DNA of 61,055 nucleotides from assembly GCA_046482855.1 (NCBI GenBank), contig JAWOEH010000150.1:1-61055 (forward strand), read 5' to 3'. This document shows, piece after piece, positions 47,560-58,125 of the stretch. Made by a program: the position numbers and the translations under genes. Position 1 is the stretch's first letter, and the number at the start of each line of letters is the position of its first letter. Under the pieces are notes generated by a model that made no database searches, was not told where the DNA came from, and saw only the letters and a list, made by a program, of their open reading frames with translations. Source of the DNA: Bacteroidales bacterium (lineage in GTDB: Bacteria > Bacteroidota > Bacteroidia > Bacteroidales > UBA12077).

Positions 47560-49782
47560 ATGAAAAATAACGGTTTTGGAACTGCACCTGTCTTTTTTAC
47601 AGCTATATCAACCATCCTGGGTGCTATTCTCTTTCTGCGTTTCGGTTATGCCTTAGGGACCCTGGGCTTTTTTGGCGTCTTATTTATCATTCTTTTGGGA
47701 CACCTGGTAACCATCCCCACGGCCTTTGCCATTTCAGAAATAGCAACAAATCAACGAGTAGAAGGAGGAGGGGAATATTTCATAATTTCCCGCTCATTTG
47801 GCTTAAATATCGGAGGCACCATCGGAATCGCCTTGTTTTTATCGCAGGCCATCAGTGTAGCCTTCTATGTAATCGCTTTCACCGAAGCCTTCGAACCCCT
47901 ATTCTCATGGTTAAGAGAGACTCACAGCATAAATCTGCCCCGGCAGGCCATTAGCTTGCCTGCAATGGGTCTGCTTGCGGTTCTTATCCTCACCAAAGGA
48001 GCCAACTTGGGAGTAAAAACCCTGTATGTAGTGGTTACCATCCTTTTTATTTCCCTGATTATGTTCTTCCTGGGGCATACGCAGTATGCTGAAACGGCTC
48101 GCGCAGGATTAACACAAAATCCGATTCGCAACTTTGATGATTTTTATCTGGTATTTGCTATTATTTTCCCGGCATTTACAGGAATGACAGCAGGCGTAGG
48201 CCTTTCCGGCGATTTACGCGAACCGGGGAAATCGATTCCAAAAGGCACGGTAATTGCTACTTTTAGCGGATTGATAATTTATATTTTTATTGCCTTGAAA
48301 TTAATTCATTCAGCCAGCCCTCAGGATCTGATTGACAACCAACTAATCATGGCCGACGTTGCGCTCTTTGGCCCCTACATTATACCATTGGGTCTGGCTG
48401 CTTCCACCATCTCCTCAGCCATTGGCTCGGTAATGGTAGCGCCTCGTACTTTGCAAGCATTATCCATTGACAAAACAATCCCATTCCCTACTTTCAACAA
48501 AATTATGGGAAAAGGCAAAGGAGCCAGTAACGAACCTTTCAATGCTTCTGCCCTTACGGTAATCATTGCATTCGTATTTGTTGCCCTTGGCGATGTAGAT
48601 ATTGTTGCGCAGATTATTTCGATGTTTTTCATGGTAACCTATGGCTCACTCTGTCTGATAAGTTTTCTTAACCACTTCGGAGCGGCGCCCTCCTACCGAC
48701 CAGCATTCCGCTCGCATTGGGCACTGTCGCTTGTGGGATTCCTCTTTTCTGTATTTCTCATGTTCAAAATAGACTCCGCTTATGCACTTATGGCCATCAT
48801 CATCATGACCATCGTCTACTTTATTATCACTGCCGCACACAGCGACAGGGGCGGACTTGAATCCATTTTCAAAAGCACCCTTTTTCAAATAAACAGAAAC
48901 CTTCAGATATACCTTCAGAAGTCAAAAAACATCAAGAAAAATGTAACCTGGCATCCATCAGCAGTATGTGTTTCGGAGGCAGGCTCCGACCGCGAAAATG
49001 CCTTCCGCCTGCTTACATGGCTAGCACATCGTTATGGTTTTGGTTCCTATATTCAATATATTCAAGGTTATTATAGCAAAGCCATGCACGAAAAATCGAA
49101 CCAGGTCCTCGATTATCTTATTGAAAAAACAGAGAACAGCAACAGTCGTGTATACGTCGACACCATTGTCTCTCCTTCCTACACATCCGCCATTGCTCAA
49201 ATTATCCAATTGCCGGGCATTTCGGGGCTCGAAAACAACATGATTCTTTTTGAGTTCGACAAAAAAGATCCCTACAATTTGGATCAAATTGTCGAAAATT
49301 TTCCATTGGTCCATTCAGGAAGTCACGATGTTTGCATTCTGGCAGGCAGCAACAGAGCGGTTAACTTCCGCGAAGGGATTCATATCTGGGTACGTCGCAT
49401 CGACTCAGAAAACCTAAACCTGATGATTTTACTCAGTTACATAATTCTGGGGCATCCGGACTGGAAAAAAGGGCGCATAAAGATTTTTCACCTTGAACGT
49501 GCTATTGACACCAATAACCAAGACCAAACGAAGGAAAACCTGAAACATCTTGTACACAAGGGACGACTTCCCATATCATTAAAAAACATTGAAACCGTTC
49601 ATCTCTCAGAAGAGATGAACATGAAAGAGGTAATCAATAAACGCTCCGAAAAAGCAGGTCTGACCATGATAGGTTTCCGACACGAACAATTGAAACACGA
49701 AGGAAGAAAGCTATTCGAAGGGTTTGATCAGATGGGAGATGTACTGTTTGTTAATGCGTTCGACCGCAAAGAGATAAAATAA
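47560..49782 (+). CDS. APC/SLC12-like (cation-chloride cotransporter-type) transporter
   Basis: ILGAILFLRF, EIATNQRVEGGGEYFIISRS.G, FPAFTG and APRTLQAL. Large cytoplasmic C-domain (WHP, G.SGLENN). Confidence 0.88.
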   Translation: MKNNGFGTAPVFFTAISTILGAILFLRFGYALGTLGFFGVLFIILLGHLVTIPTAFAISEIATNQRVEGGGEYFIISRSFGLNIGGTIGIALFLSQAISVAFYVIAFTEAFEPLFSWLRETHSINLPRQAISLPAMGLLAVLILTKGANLGVKTLYVVVTILFISLIMFFLGHTQYAETARAGLTQNPIRNFDDFYLVFAIIFPAFTGMTAGVGLSGDLREPGKSIPKGTVIATFSGLIIYIFIALKLIHSASPQDLIDNQLIMADVALFGPYIIPLGLAASTISSAIGSVMVAPRTLQALSIDKTIPFPTFNKIMGKGKGASNEPFNASALTVIIAFVFVALGDVDIVAQIISMFFMVTYGSLCLISFLNHFGAAPSYRPAFRSHWALSLVGFLFSVFLMFKIDSAYALMAIIIMTIVYFIITAAHSDRGGLESIFKSTLFQINRNLQIYLQKSKNIKKNVTWHPSAVCVSEAGSDRENAFRLLTWLAHRYGFGSYIQYIQGYYSKAMHEKSNQVLDYLIEKTENSNSRVYVDTIVSPSYTSAIAQIIQLPGISGLENNMILFEFDKKDPYNLDQIVENFPLVHSGSHDVCILAGSNRAVNFREGIHIWVRRIDSENLNLMILLSYIILGHPDWKKGRIKIFHLERAIDTNNQDQTKENLKHLVHKGRLPISLKNIETVHLSEEMNMKEVINKRSEKAGLTMIGFRHEQLKHEGRKLFEGFDQMGDVLFVNAFDRKEIK

Positions 49783-49788
49783 AGAACT

Positions 49789-50274
49789 ATGAAGCAACCT
49801 TATTTTTTAAGTTCATTTATACTGCTTATTCTTATCACAGGGATTCTATTTGCATCAAGCTGCCAGCAATCCCCCGACAGTGAGAACGCCCGCCAAGAGC
49901 TCCTTGAAACCGATCGTGCGTTCTCCAAAAGATCGAAGGAGGTAGGAAACTTTCAGGCTTTTATGGAGTATGCAAAGGATGATGCGGTATTATTAAAAGC
50001 CGACAGCTACCCTATCATAGGGAAGAATGCCATTCAAAACTATTTTTCCTATGGAGAGGACTCAACCTATGTGCTCACCTGGAAGCCTCAATTTGCAAAG
50101 GTATCAGCATCTGCCGATCTCGGCTACACCTTTGGTATCTATCAACTTCGCTATACCTCGGGCGAAAACAAGGGGAAGGTTATTCAGGGCACCTACACCT
50201 CCATTTGGGAACGGACACCCAAAAAATCCTGGCGCTTTGTATTGGACACAGGCAATGAAGGGCTTGGCCAATAG
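49789..50274 (+). CDS. NTF2-like (DUF4440) lipoprotein
   Basis: Lipoprotein-like signal ending ASSC, LTWKP..VSASADLGYTFG and GTYTSIW..WRFVLDTG. Confidence 0.8.
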   Translation: MKQPYFLSSFILLILITGILFASSCQQSPDSENARQELLETDRAFSKRSKEVGNFQAFMEYAKDDAVLLKADSYPIIGKNAIQNYFSYGEDSTYVLTWKPQFAKVSASADLGYTFGIYQLRYTSGENKGKVIQGTYTSIWERTPKKSWRFVLDTGNEGLGQ

Positions 50275-50319
50275 TTTCCGGAAATAAGCCATTTTTTTAT
50301 CTTTGTAAAAAAAAGAACC

Positions 50320-51336
50320 GTGGAAACTATAGACTTTAATGCCTTATTTACAAGCTTCAACCAATATAAAGTACTCATTATAGGCGATGTAATGATTGAT
50401 TCTTATATGTGGGGAGAGGTCGATCGAATTTCTCCTGAAGCGCCTGTACCCATCATTGCCTCAACCAGCCAGGAACACCGGCTAGGAGGGGCAGCAAATG
50501 TGGCACTAAATATTCAGGCACTGGGAGCAACTCCTGTTCTTTGCTCCGTAATCGGGGACGATGCTAAAGCTGATATTTTTTACTCCTTAATGGAAAAACG
50601 GGAATTAACGACAAAAGGAATACTAAAAAGCACAGAGCGTCCCACAACAGTAAAAACGCGTATCATCGCCGACAATCAACATCTTCTAAGGGTAGACGAA
50701 GAGACAGACAAACCCATCTCCCAGGATCTTATCGACCACTTTTGTGCACATCTTACCACCTTACTAGATGAGGAACCCTTTGATGCAATTGTTTTTGAAG
50801 ATTACGACAAGGGATCTATCACACCCGAAATAATTAACCATGTAGTTGAAACAGCCAAAAAACTGCAAATTCCCACTTTGGTTGACCCAAAAAAACGAAA
50901 CTTTAATGCCTACCAAGGCGTAACACTTTTCAAGCCTAATTTCAAGGAACTGGTTGAAGGGCTAAAAATCGATATTGAGAAGAATGACTTTGCTGCCATA
51001 CAAAGAGCAAGCAAACGACTACAGGAATTGCTAAACACCGAATATGTATTGATTACACTTTCAGAACTGGGCGTGTTTATCAGCCATAATGGCCATTACC
51101 ATACAATTCCCGCACAAATTCGCGATATCGCTGACGTTTCAGGTGCAGGAGATACACTCATTGGTACCGCCAGTCTGTGTTTAGCAGCTGGCTTATCGTC
51201 TGAACTGATCGCCTGGATTTCAAATCTGGCTGGTGGATTGGTCTGTGGAAAAGTGGGCGTAGTCCCGATTAATAAGGAAAAACTCTTGGCAGAGAGCTTG
51301 AAGAAATATCCAAATTACGCCGCAACCATTCGGTAG
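50320..51336 (+). CDS. Stand-alone heptose-7-phosphate kinase (RfaE/HldE domain I, PfkB family)
   Basis: GDVMIDSY, RISPEAPVP, LGGAANVA, DYDKG and DVSGAGDT. Confidence 0.88.
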   Translation: METIDFNALFTSFNQYKVLIIGDVMIDSYMWGEVDRISPEAPVPIIASTSQEHRLGGAANVALNIQALGATPVLCSVIGDDAKADIFYSLMEKRELTTKGILKSTERPTTVKTRIIADNQHLLRVDEETDKPISQDLIDHFCAHLTTLLDEEPFDAIVFEDYDKGSITPEIINHVVETAKKLQIPTLVDPKKRNFNAYQGVTLFKPNFKELVEGLKIDIEKNDFAAIQRASKRLQELLNTEYVLITLSELGVFISHNGHYHTIPAQIRDIADVSGAGDTLIGTASLCLAAGLSSELIAWISNLAGGLVCGKVGVVPINKEKLLAESLKKYPNYAATIR

Positions 51337-51493
51337 GCAAAGCCCCTAAACGAGTTGTTGATAAAATGTTAATAACTCCAAACAAAATGTTTACAATTAC
51401 ACGACCCTTTCATTAAGAACCATGAAATAAATTGTAATTTTGAAACCGTCACGGACGAAGCCTAACTAAGACAGACTGCTAAAAATCAACTAT

Positions 51494-52294
51494 ATGGCAA
51501 GAATTATTGCACTCGCAAATCAAAAAGGAGGTGTGGGAAAAACCACTACCGCCATCAACTTGGCAGCAAGTTTAGCTGTACTCGAGAAGAAAGTTTTAAT
51601 CATCGATGCCGATCCACAGGCAAATGCCACCTCAGGCACAGGGTTTGATATCCGCGCGATAAAAACAAGTATCTACGAGTGTCTGATAGACGACGTGGAC
51701 CCCAACAATATCATCCTAAATAGTGAGATTGACGGGCTTGATTTAATTCCCTCCCATATCGACCTGGTAGGTGCAGAAATTGAAATGCTAAATCAACCCA
51801 ACCGGGAGTATATGCTGCAGGAGGTAATTCGAAAGATTGAAGATAAGTACGACTATATCCTCATCGATTGCTCTCCCTCTTTGGGACTTATTACCGTAAA
51901 TGCCCTTACAGCAGCTCATTCGGTTATTATTCCTGTGCAGTGCGAATATTTCGCTCTGGAGGGGCTAGGCAAGCTATTAAATACAGTAAAGATTATCCAG
52001 AATCGTTTGAATAAAGAGTTGGAAATTGAAGGCTTCTTGCTAACCATGTACGATGCCCGTTTGCGACTCTCGAACCAGGTTGTTGACGAGGTAAAGAAAC
52101 ACTTTGAAACGATGGTATTCGAAACACTTATTCAGCGTAACATCAAGCTTAGTGAATCGCCAAGTTATGGTAAACCGGCTATCCTTTACGATGCCAATTC
52201 CAAAGGAGCGGTAAACTATCTAAATCTGGCACGTGAACTCATGCAAAAACATGATGATACCAACATGAGTAACGAAGAGAAGAAGGTTAACTAA
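51494..52294 (+). CDS. parA: Chromosome partitioning ATPase ParA/Soj
   Basis: NQKGGVGKTTT, DADPQANAT and PVQCEYFALEG. Confidence 0.96.
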   Translation: MARIIALANQKGGVGKTTTAINLAASLAVLEKKVLIIDADPQANATSGTGFDIRAIKTSIYECLIDDVDPNNIILNSEIDGLDLIPSHIDLVGAEIEMLNQPNREYMLQEVIRKIEDKYDYILIDCSPSLGLITVNALTAAHSVIIPVQCEYFALEGLGKLLNTVKIIQNRLNKELEIEGFLLTMYDARLRLSNQVVDEVKKHFETMVFETLIQRNIKLSESPSYGKPAILYDANSKGAVNYLNLARELMQKHDDTNMSNEEKKVN

Positions 52295-52314
52295 CATATT
52301 GCATAGAGACAAGA

Positions 52315-53193
52315 ATGGCAAAGAGAAATGCATTAGGAAAAGGCCTGGGTGCCTTAATTGACGATTCAGGTGAAGAGAAGACGGTAGATGCGGATTCGGT
52401 TCTTGAAATATCTTTAAAAGATATTGAAACCAATCCCTTTCAGCCACGCACATTCTTCGACGAAGAGACCTTAGGCGAACTGGCCGCTTCAATTAAAGAA
52501 TTGGGCATTATACAGCCCATTACTGTTCGTAAAACTGAAAAAAACACCTTTCAGCTCATCTCCGGAGAGCGCCGTTACCGCGCTTCTCAACTGGCAGGAT
52601 TGACCAAAATACCGGCCTTCATACGCTTTGCTGATGATCAATCGATGCTGGAAATGGCATTGGTGGAGAACATTCAGCGCGAGGATCTGGATGCCATTGA
52701 GGTGGCCATCAGCTATCAACGATTGATTGAAGAGTGCAAGCTTACACAGGAAAATATGAGTGAGCGAGTTGGAAAAAAACGCTCAACAATCTCAAACTAC
52801 CTGCGGTTGTTAAAATTGCCCGCCGAAATCCAGCTGGGAATTCGCGACAAGCAAATATCCATGGGCCATGCCAGGGCATTGGTGAATATTGAAGACCCAG
52901 AAACCCAGTTGAAAGCCTATTATCGGATTATCGACGAAAGCTTATCGGTACGGAAAACCGAAGAGATGATTCGGGATATCAACAACCCACAACCCGTAGG
53001 TGCAAAAGTTAAAAGCAAATTACCCGAAGAGTTTGAACAGGTAAAAAAACACCTGACAGATCACTTTGCCTCTAAAGTGGACTTAAAAAGAACCACCAAA
53101 GGCAATGGAAAGATAATTATTCCGTTTACATCAGACGAAGACCTGGAACGGATTATGGAACTTCTGGGTAAAAAGAAATCAGAATCTAAGTAA
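52315..53193 (+). CDS. parB: Chromosome partitioning protein ParB
   Basis: NPFQPR, GERRYRA, ENIQREDL and an HTH region. Confidence 0.96.
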   Translation: MAKRNALGKGLGALIDDSGEEKTVDADSVLEISLKDIETNPFQPRTFFDEETLGELAASIKELGIIQPITVRKTEKNTFQLISGERRYRASQLAGLTKIPAFIRFADDQSMLEMALVENIQREDLDAIEVAISYQRLIEECKLTQENMSERVGKKRSTISNYLRLLKLPAEIQLGIRDKQISMGHARALVNIEDPETQLKAYYRIIDESLSVRKTEEMIRDINNPQPVGAKVKSKLPEEFEQVKKHLTDHFASKVDLKRTTKGNGKIIIPFTSDEDLERIMELLGKKKSESK

Positions 53194-53204
53194 AAAGCAT
53201 TCCT

Positions 53205-53774
53205 TTGGGAAAAAGAGATACAATCAGGATAATTCTGGCTGCCGCAGCAATTATCCTGATTTTGCCTTTCAGCAGCTTGGGACAGCAACCATTGTTTGAG
53301 CGGCAAAATCAGGAACGCAAAAGTCTTGTTGAGCATTCGCCCCACAAAGCCACTATGTATTCGGCAGTGGTCCCGGGTCTTGGGCAAATATATAACAAAC
53401 GCTATTGGAAACTACCCATTATTTATGGGGCTGCCGGAATTTTCATATACCAAATCAATTACCACAACGATGAGTATAATAAGTACCGAAATGCCTACTT
53501 GGATATGACCAACGGTAAAATTGATGAATTTGAAGTATACTCTTCTGAAGAAACGTTAAAAAACATTAAAGACAACTACCGAAGAAATCGTGATTTAAGT
53601 GTCATCGGACTGGCGGCTGTCTACTTACTTAACATTCTCGATGCTACAGTTGATGCTCATTTCTTCCATTATGAAATCAACCGGAATTTATCTATGCAGG
53701 TTGTTCCTGCCGTTTCGCCCATGGCACTGTCTCCCGAAAAATCAATGGGCCTCACGTGCAGTTTTAGTTTCTAA
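53205..53774 (+). CDS. DUF5683 membrane protein
   Basis: SAVVPGLGQIYNKRYWKLP and NILDATVDAH. Conserved position after parB. Confidence 0.85.
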   Translation: MGKRDTIRIILAAAAIILILPFSSLGQQPLFERQNQERKSLVEHSPHKATMYSAVVPGLGQIYNKRYWKLPIIYGAAGIFIYQINYHNDEYNKYRNAYLDMTNGKIDEFEVYSSEETLKNIKDNYRRNRDLSVIGLAAVYLLNILDATVDAHFFHYEINRNLSMQVVPAVSPMALSPEKSMGLTCSFSF

Positions 53775-53801
53775 TCTGTATTTTCGTAAAAAAAGATTGA
53801 T

Positions 53802-55331
53802 ATGGGGTATTGCAGTAAGCTTATTATGGCTTTAGGGGTGATTTTGTGCACCCTGACAGTAGATGCACAAAATGACACTACAACCTGGAAAGACACAACC
53901 ATTGTTACCAATTTTCAGCAGAATCTGGATCAATTAATCGATCAGTGGTATGTAAAAAATGCACTAAAGGAGAACTATACGTATAGCGAAACCTCTGACT
54001 CCATCGTACCGGAATTTTCCGACTCGGTTTATAAAGCCAGGTTAAATGCCATCCCTGCAATAATGGAAATGACCTATAACCCCATTGTTCGCAACTGGAT
54101 ACATGTATATACAAAAAAGCGCCGCAAAAATGTAGAATATATGTTAGGCCTAACTGAGTATTACTTCCCCTTATTTGAGGCAGAGCTTGAAAAACAAGGC
54201 CTCCCGAATGAGTTAAAATACCTGGCCATCATTGAATCGGCACTGAATCCCAAAGCGGTTTCACGCGTCGGAGCTACGGGACTATGGCAATTTATGTACG
54301 CCACAGGTCGCATGTACGATCTTACCACAAACTCCTTTATTGACGAACGACGCGATCCGCGAAAATCGACCATTGCAGCCACTCGGTTTTTGAAAGATCT
54401 TTACGATATATTCCAGGACTGGACATTAGTAATTGCAGCTTATAATTGCGGCCCGGGTAATGTAAGTAAGGCCATTCGTCGCACTGGAGGGAAACGTGAC
54501 TTTTGGGATATTTACTACTTCCTGCCACGCGAAACTCGTGGATACGTTCCTGCATTTATTGCAGCAACTTATACCATGCATTTTCATGAGGAGCACAATC
54601 TCTACGCACGCCCCATCGATTTCCCTTTGGCTACCGATACGCTTACGATTAATCAGCAGGTACACTTTGAGCAGATAAGTGAGGTTCTGCAGATACCAAT
54701 AGATGAGCTACATGCGTTAAACCCTCAATATCGAGGCAAAATCATTCCCGGTTCCGATAAGTACCCGATGACCCTGACGCTTCCGGTACTAAAAACAGGC
54801 GATTTCATAACGCTGCAGGACTCCATCTACAATTACAAAGATTCACTCTTTTTTAACAAAGAGGAACAAGTAAAAAAACCACAAAAGTCCCACTATGTAC
54901 ATCAGGTTCCCTCGGGAATGAAAAAAGTATACTATACAATAAAACCCGGAGATAATCTGGGTTACATTGCCGAGTGGTACAACACTCGCGCTTCCAATAT
55001 CCGGTATTGGAATGGGATTCGTGGCAACATGATTCGCAGTGGTCAAAAATTGGCTATTTACGTCCCTAAAGGCAGCGTAAACCGCTACAAGGAGATCAAC
55101 ACACTCTCGTTTGCGCAGAAACAGCAGCGCATAGGCAAGGTTAGCACAGCTTCGGAGCCTCTTAAGCGTAATGAAAACTATGTTTATTATACCATTAAAT
55201 CGGGGGATACGTTATGGGAAATTGCCAGGAAATACCCCGGTGTATCAGACAGCAATTTGCGGCAGCTCAATGGAATATCGGGCCGGAATTTACGTCCGGG
55301 ACAAGTGATAAAGATCAAACCTAAAAGTTAA
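53802..55331 (+). CDS. mltD: Lytic transglycosylase with LysM domains
   Basis: IIESALN, ATGLWQFM, AAYNCG, ETRGYV and two C-terminal LysM repeats. Confidence 0.92.
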   Translation: MGYCSKLIMALGVILCTLTVDAQNDTTTWKDTTIVTNFQQNLDQLIDQWYVKNALKENYTYSETSDSIVPEFSDSVYKARLNAIPAIMEMTYNPIVRNWIHVYTKKRRKNVEYMLGLTEYYFPLFEAELEKQGLPNELKYLAIIESALNPKAVSRVGATGLWQFMYATGRMYDLTTNSFIDERRDPRKSTIAATRFLKDLYDIFQDWTLVIAAYNCGPGNVSKAIRRTGGKRDFWDIYYFLPRETRGYVPAFIAATYTMHFHEEHNLYARPIDFPLATDTLTINQQVHFEQISEVLQIPIDELHALNPQYRGKIIPGSDKYPMTLTLPVLKTGDFITLQDSIYNYKDSLFFNKEEQVKKPQKSHYVHQVPSGMKKVYYTIKPGDNLGYIAEWYNTRASNIRYWNGIRGNMIRSGQKLAIYVPKGSVNRYKEINTLSFAQKQQRIGKVSTASEPLKRNENYVYYTIKSGDTLWEIARKYPGVSDSNLRQLNGISGRNLRPGQVIKIKPKS

Positions 55332-55348
55332 AATACAAAAACTCCAGG

Positions 55349-55382
55349 AAAGGCTTCTGATTGAAACAGAGGCCTTTTTTAT
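55349..55382 (+). terminator. Rho-independent terminator
   Basis: AAAGGCTTCTG pairs with CAGAGGCCTTT, followed by a T tract. Confidence 0.8.
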
Positions 55383-55457
55383 GATTGATAAAACAAGCAG
55401 TTAAGGAATAATTTTTATCTTTAGGCATTCACCTAACCGTGTGTGTTAACTCTTTGT

Positions 55458-56948
55458 ATGAAACCATTAAAAACAGCCTCTTTCTTTTTAATCCTTCTTC
55501 TCGTTATTGTTGGTTTCTCCTACTTCAATCACACAGCTAGCTTTATGATTGGAACAATAAAGGTGCAACTGCCCACTCGAAAACATTTGCTCACCCATGA
55601 AAGTTCGGCTTCCATTCCCCAATTCTTAGACCAACAACATCCCGTTGAAGAACCGCTAAAAAGCCCCCAAGCTCAAGACATGCCTGTTGTAACAGATACG
55701 CTTAAGGTTTCGCCCGATACCCTCTCTCAAGGCGCAAAAGATACCGACTCGATACACTCGGTTGATCCTGATACACTCCTACAACCTCAAAGTATGCCAT
55801 TGGTTTACCGAATCAATAGTAAAGGAACGCATCCGTTAGCACGCTTTTATGACGCGCTATCGCAAACTTCCTATCAACAAATTCGGATTTTACACTATGG
55901 AGACTCTCAGATTGAGGGCGACAGAATTACCGCCTATTTGCGAAATCAACTGCAGGAAACTTTTGGCGGAAGTGGCATCGGATTACTGCCTATTGAGCTG
56001 ACACCGGGGACGCATACCTCCCTTTTACATAAACCTAAAGGGCAGTGGGAACGGTATACGCTTTACGATCTTCGTAAAAAGAACATTCACCACAATCGGC
56101 TGGGCGTACTTTTCAGCTATTGTGCGTTTTCCAGCTACAGCCACATGAAGACTCCTGCAACACTAACGCTGGAACCTTCCCCCCTGGCTTTTAACCGCAT
56201 TAACAACTACAACCATATTCGCCTCTTCTATGGTCAGGGAACCTCCCCCATTGTTGTTCAGCTAGCCTGCAATGATACCCTTTATGATGCCGACCTGCTA
56301 AGCCCTCAAAGAGAATTACAAGAAATAAAATGGCAGCTCCCAGCGCCCCCGAAAAAATTAGAATTCCGGTTTACAGGCGAAAGCAGCCCCGAGTTTTACG
56401 GCGTCAGTTTGGAATCCCCAACAGGAGTTGTTGTGGATAACATTCCATTACGGGGAAGTAGTGGAACCGATTTTACTCGTGTAGATAAGCAGTTGCAACA
56501 AAATCTTTATAAAACGCTTGACCCGGATATTTTTTTGCTCCAATTTGGCGTAAATCTGGTTCCCCATCTAACTACTCATTTCGACTACTATGAACGACAA
56601 CTTCGGCAGCAAATAAAGCGTATTAAGGAGGTAGCTCCAAATGCTGCTATCGTTCTGCTGGGTGTTTCTGATATGGCTCATAAAAAAGAGGGCTTCTATC
56701 AATCATATGAAAACATTGAATCCATTCGTGCCATACAGAAGAAAGTAGCCCTTGAAACAGGGGCCCTGTTTTGGGATACATATGAGGCTATGGGAGGCAA
56801 AAATGCTATGGTAAAGTGGGTTGACCATAAACCGCCCTTAGGCCGGAAAGATTATACACATTTTAGCTATAGAGGTGCTACCCTTATGGCTGAACTATTT
56901 TATGAATCCTTGATGAATGACTATGATACCTATCGCAAACAAAAATAG
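55458..56948 (+). CDS. SGNH/GDSL protein, PatB-like O-acetyltransferase candidate
   Basis: N-terminal TM anchor, HYGDSQIEGD, GxN block and DYTH catalytic motif. Confidence 0.8.
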   Translation: MKPLKTASFFLILLLVIVGFSYFNHTASFMIGTIKVQLPTRKHLLTHESSASIPQFLDQQHPVEEPLKSPQAQDMPVVTDTLKVSPDTLSQGAKDTDSIHSVDPDTLLQPQSMPLVYRINSKGTHPLARFYDALSQTSYQQIRILHYGDSQIEGDRITAYLRNQLQETFGGSGIGLLPIELTPGTHTSLLHKPKGQWERYTLYDLRKKNIHHNRLGVLFSYCAFSSYSHMKTPATLTLEPSPLAFNRINNYNHIRLFYGQGTSPIVVQLACNDTLYDADLLSPQRELQEIKWQLPAPPKKLEFRFTGESSPEFYGVSLESPTGVVVDNIPLRGSSGTDFTRVDKQLQQNLYKTLDPDIFLLQFGVNLVPHLTTHFDYYERQLRQQIKRIKEVAPNAAIVLLGVSDMAHKKEGFYQSYENIESIRAIQKKVALETGALFWDTYEAMGGKNAMVKWVDHKPPLGRKDYTHFSYRGATLMAELFYESLMNDYDTYRKQK

Positions 56949-56952
56949 GCTG

Positions 56953-58125
56953 ATGCAAGCCGCTTACGTAACGGCCCTATTGTTGTTCTTGACCCTTAGC
57001 GGATGCGGACAGAAACCGCCGCTAAATACAAACGTATTCTTGCAGGCAGAGAAAATACCGGCTTACCAATCCCTGTTTACAAAACTCGACTCCATTGCTA
57101 ACGGAGCTCCTACTTCCCTGACAATTGTCCACATTGGCGACTCACATTTACAAGCGGGTTACTTCTCCGAAAAAATCAAGGCCGAATTACAGGCATATTA
57201 TACACCAATGGATACAATTCTCTCCCCGGGTCTTATCTTTCCTTTCGCCTTAGCCCAAACCAACAACCCTTACTATTACGAAGCCAAAGGGACGGGTCAA
57301 TGGTCCGGATATAGAAACGTTGAACAAAACCTACCTGTAGCCCTGGGAATGACCGGTATTTCCATAACAACAGATAGTTCTAGTCAAATATCTATCAAGT
57401 TTCGCAATTCCTCACGTACCAATAAGTATGCCTTTAATCGAATACGCGTACTGGGACATGGGAATGCAATCCTGGAAGCCTCCACTAACGAAAAAACAAG
57501 CTTTGCATCCGGAGAGACCCTTTTTATTGACAAAGCAATGGATTCCCTACAAATTGCCATAGACCCTCTACCCGGCGATTCCTTTGTTCTCCAAGGCTTA
57601 CTCCTGGACTACACTCCTTCGCGTATACACTATCACACGGTTGGTGTAAATGGCGCACAGGCAAAATCCTATTTACAATGCCAGGATCTTGCCTCCCAGC
57701 TCAAAGCCCTTAATCCTGATTGGGTGATTCTTTCTTTAGGAACCAATGAAGCGTATGATAAGTCATTTGATGCAGCAACAATAGGAGCAGACCTGGAGGC
57801 GTTTATAAAAATAATTGAGAAAGCGGCACCCGATGCTGCCAAGCTATTATGCACACCCAATGATCATATCGATCAAAACTTGCAATCCAACCCCCAAGTA
57901 ATGCCTTTAATAGCCATACAATCCTCAATGGCTCAAAAGCACGGCTGGGCACTATGGGATTTCTATCAGCTTATGGGCGGAAAAGGCTCCATTGAAAGAT
58001 GGGCCCAGGATTCGCTAACGGCACGCGACCGGGTTCATTTCAACCGGCAGGGATATGAAAGGCAGGGCGAAATGTTTTTTGAAGCACTTCAACAATCCAA
58101 GGAGATATGGCAGGCACACTACTAG
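56953..58125 (+). CDS. SGNH/GDSL lipoprotein (second PatB/Ape-like protein)
   Basis: Lipobox LSGC, HIGDSHLQAG, GVNGA, LGTNE and DRVH. Confidence 0.82.
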   Translation: MQAAYVTALLLFLTLSGCGQKPPLNTNVFLQAEKIPAYQSLFTKLDSIANGAPTSLTIVHIGDSHLQAGYFSEKIKAELQAYYTPMDTILSPGLIFPFALAQTNNPYYYEAKGTGQWSGYRNVEQNLPVALGMTGISITTDSSSQISIKFRNSSRTNKYAFNRIRVLGHGNAILEASTNEKTSFASGETLFIDKAMDSLQIAIDPLPGDSFVLQGLLLDYTPSRIHYHTVGVNGAQAKSYLQCQDLASQLKALNPDWVILSLGTNEAYDKSFDAATIGADLEAFIKIIEKAAPDAAKLLCTPNDHIDQNLQSNPQVMPLIAIQSSMAQKHGWALWDFYQLMGGKGSIERWAQDSLTARDRVHFNRQGYERQGEMFFEALQQSKEIWQAHY

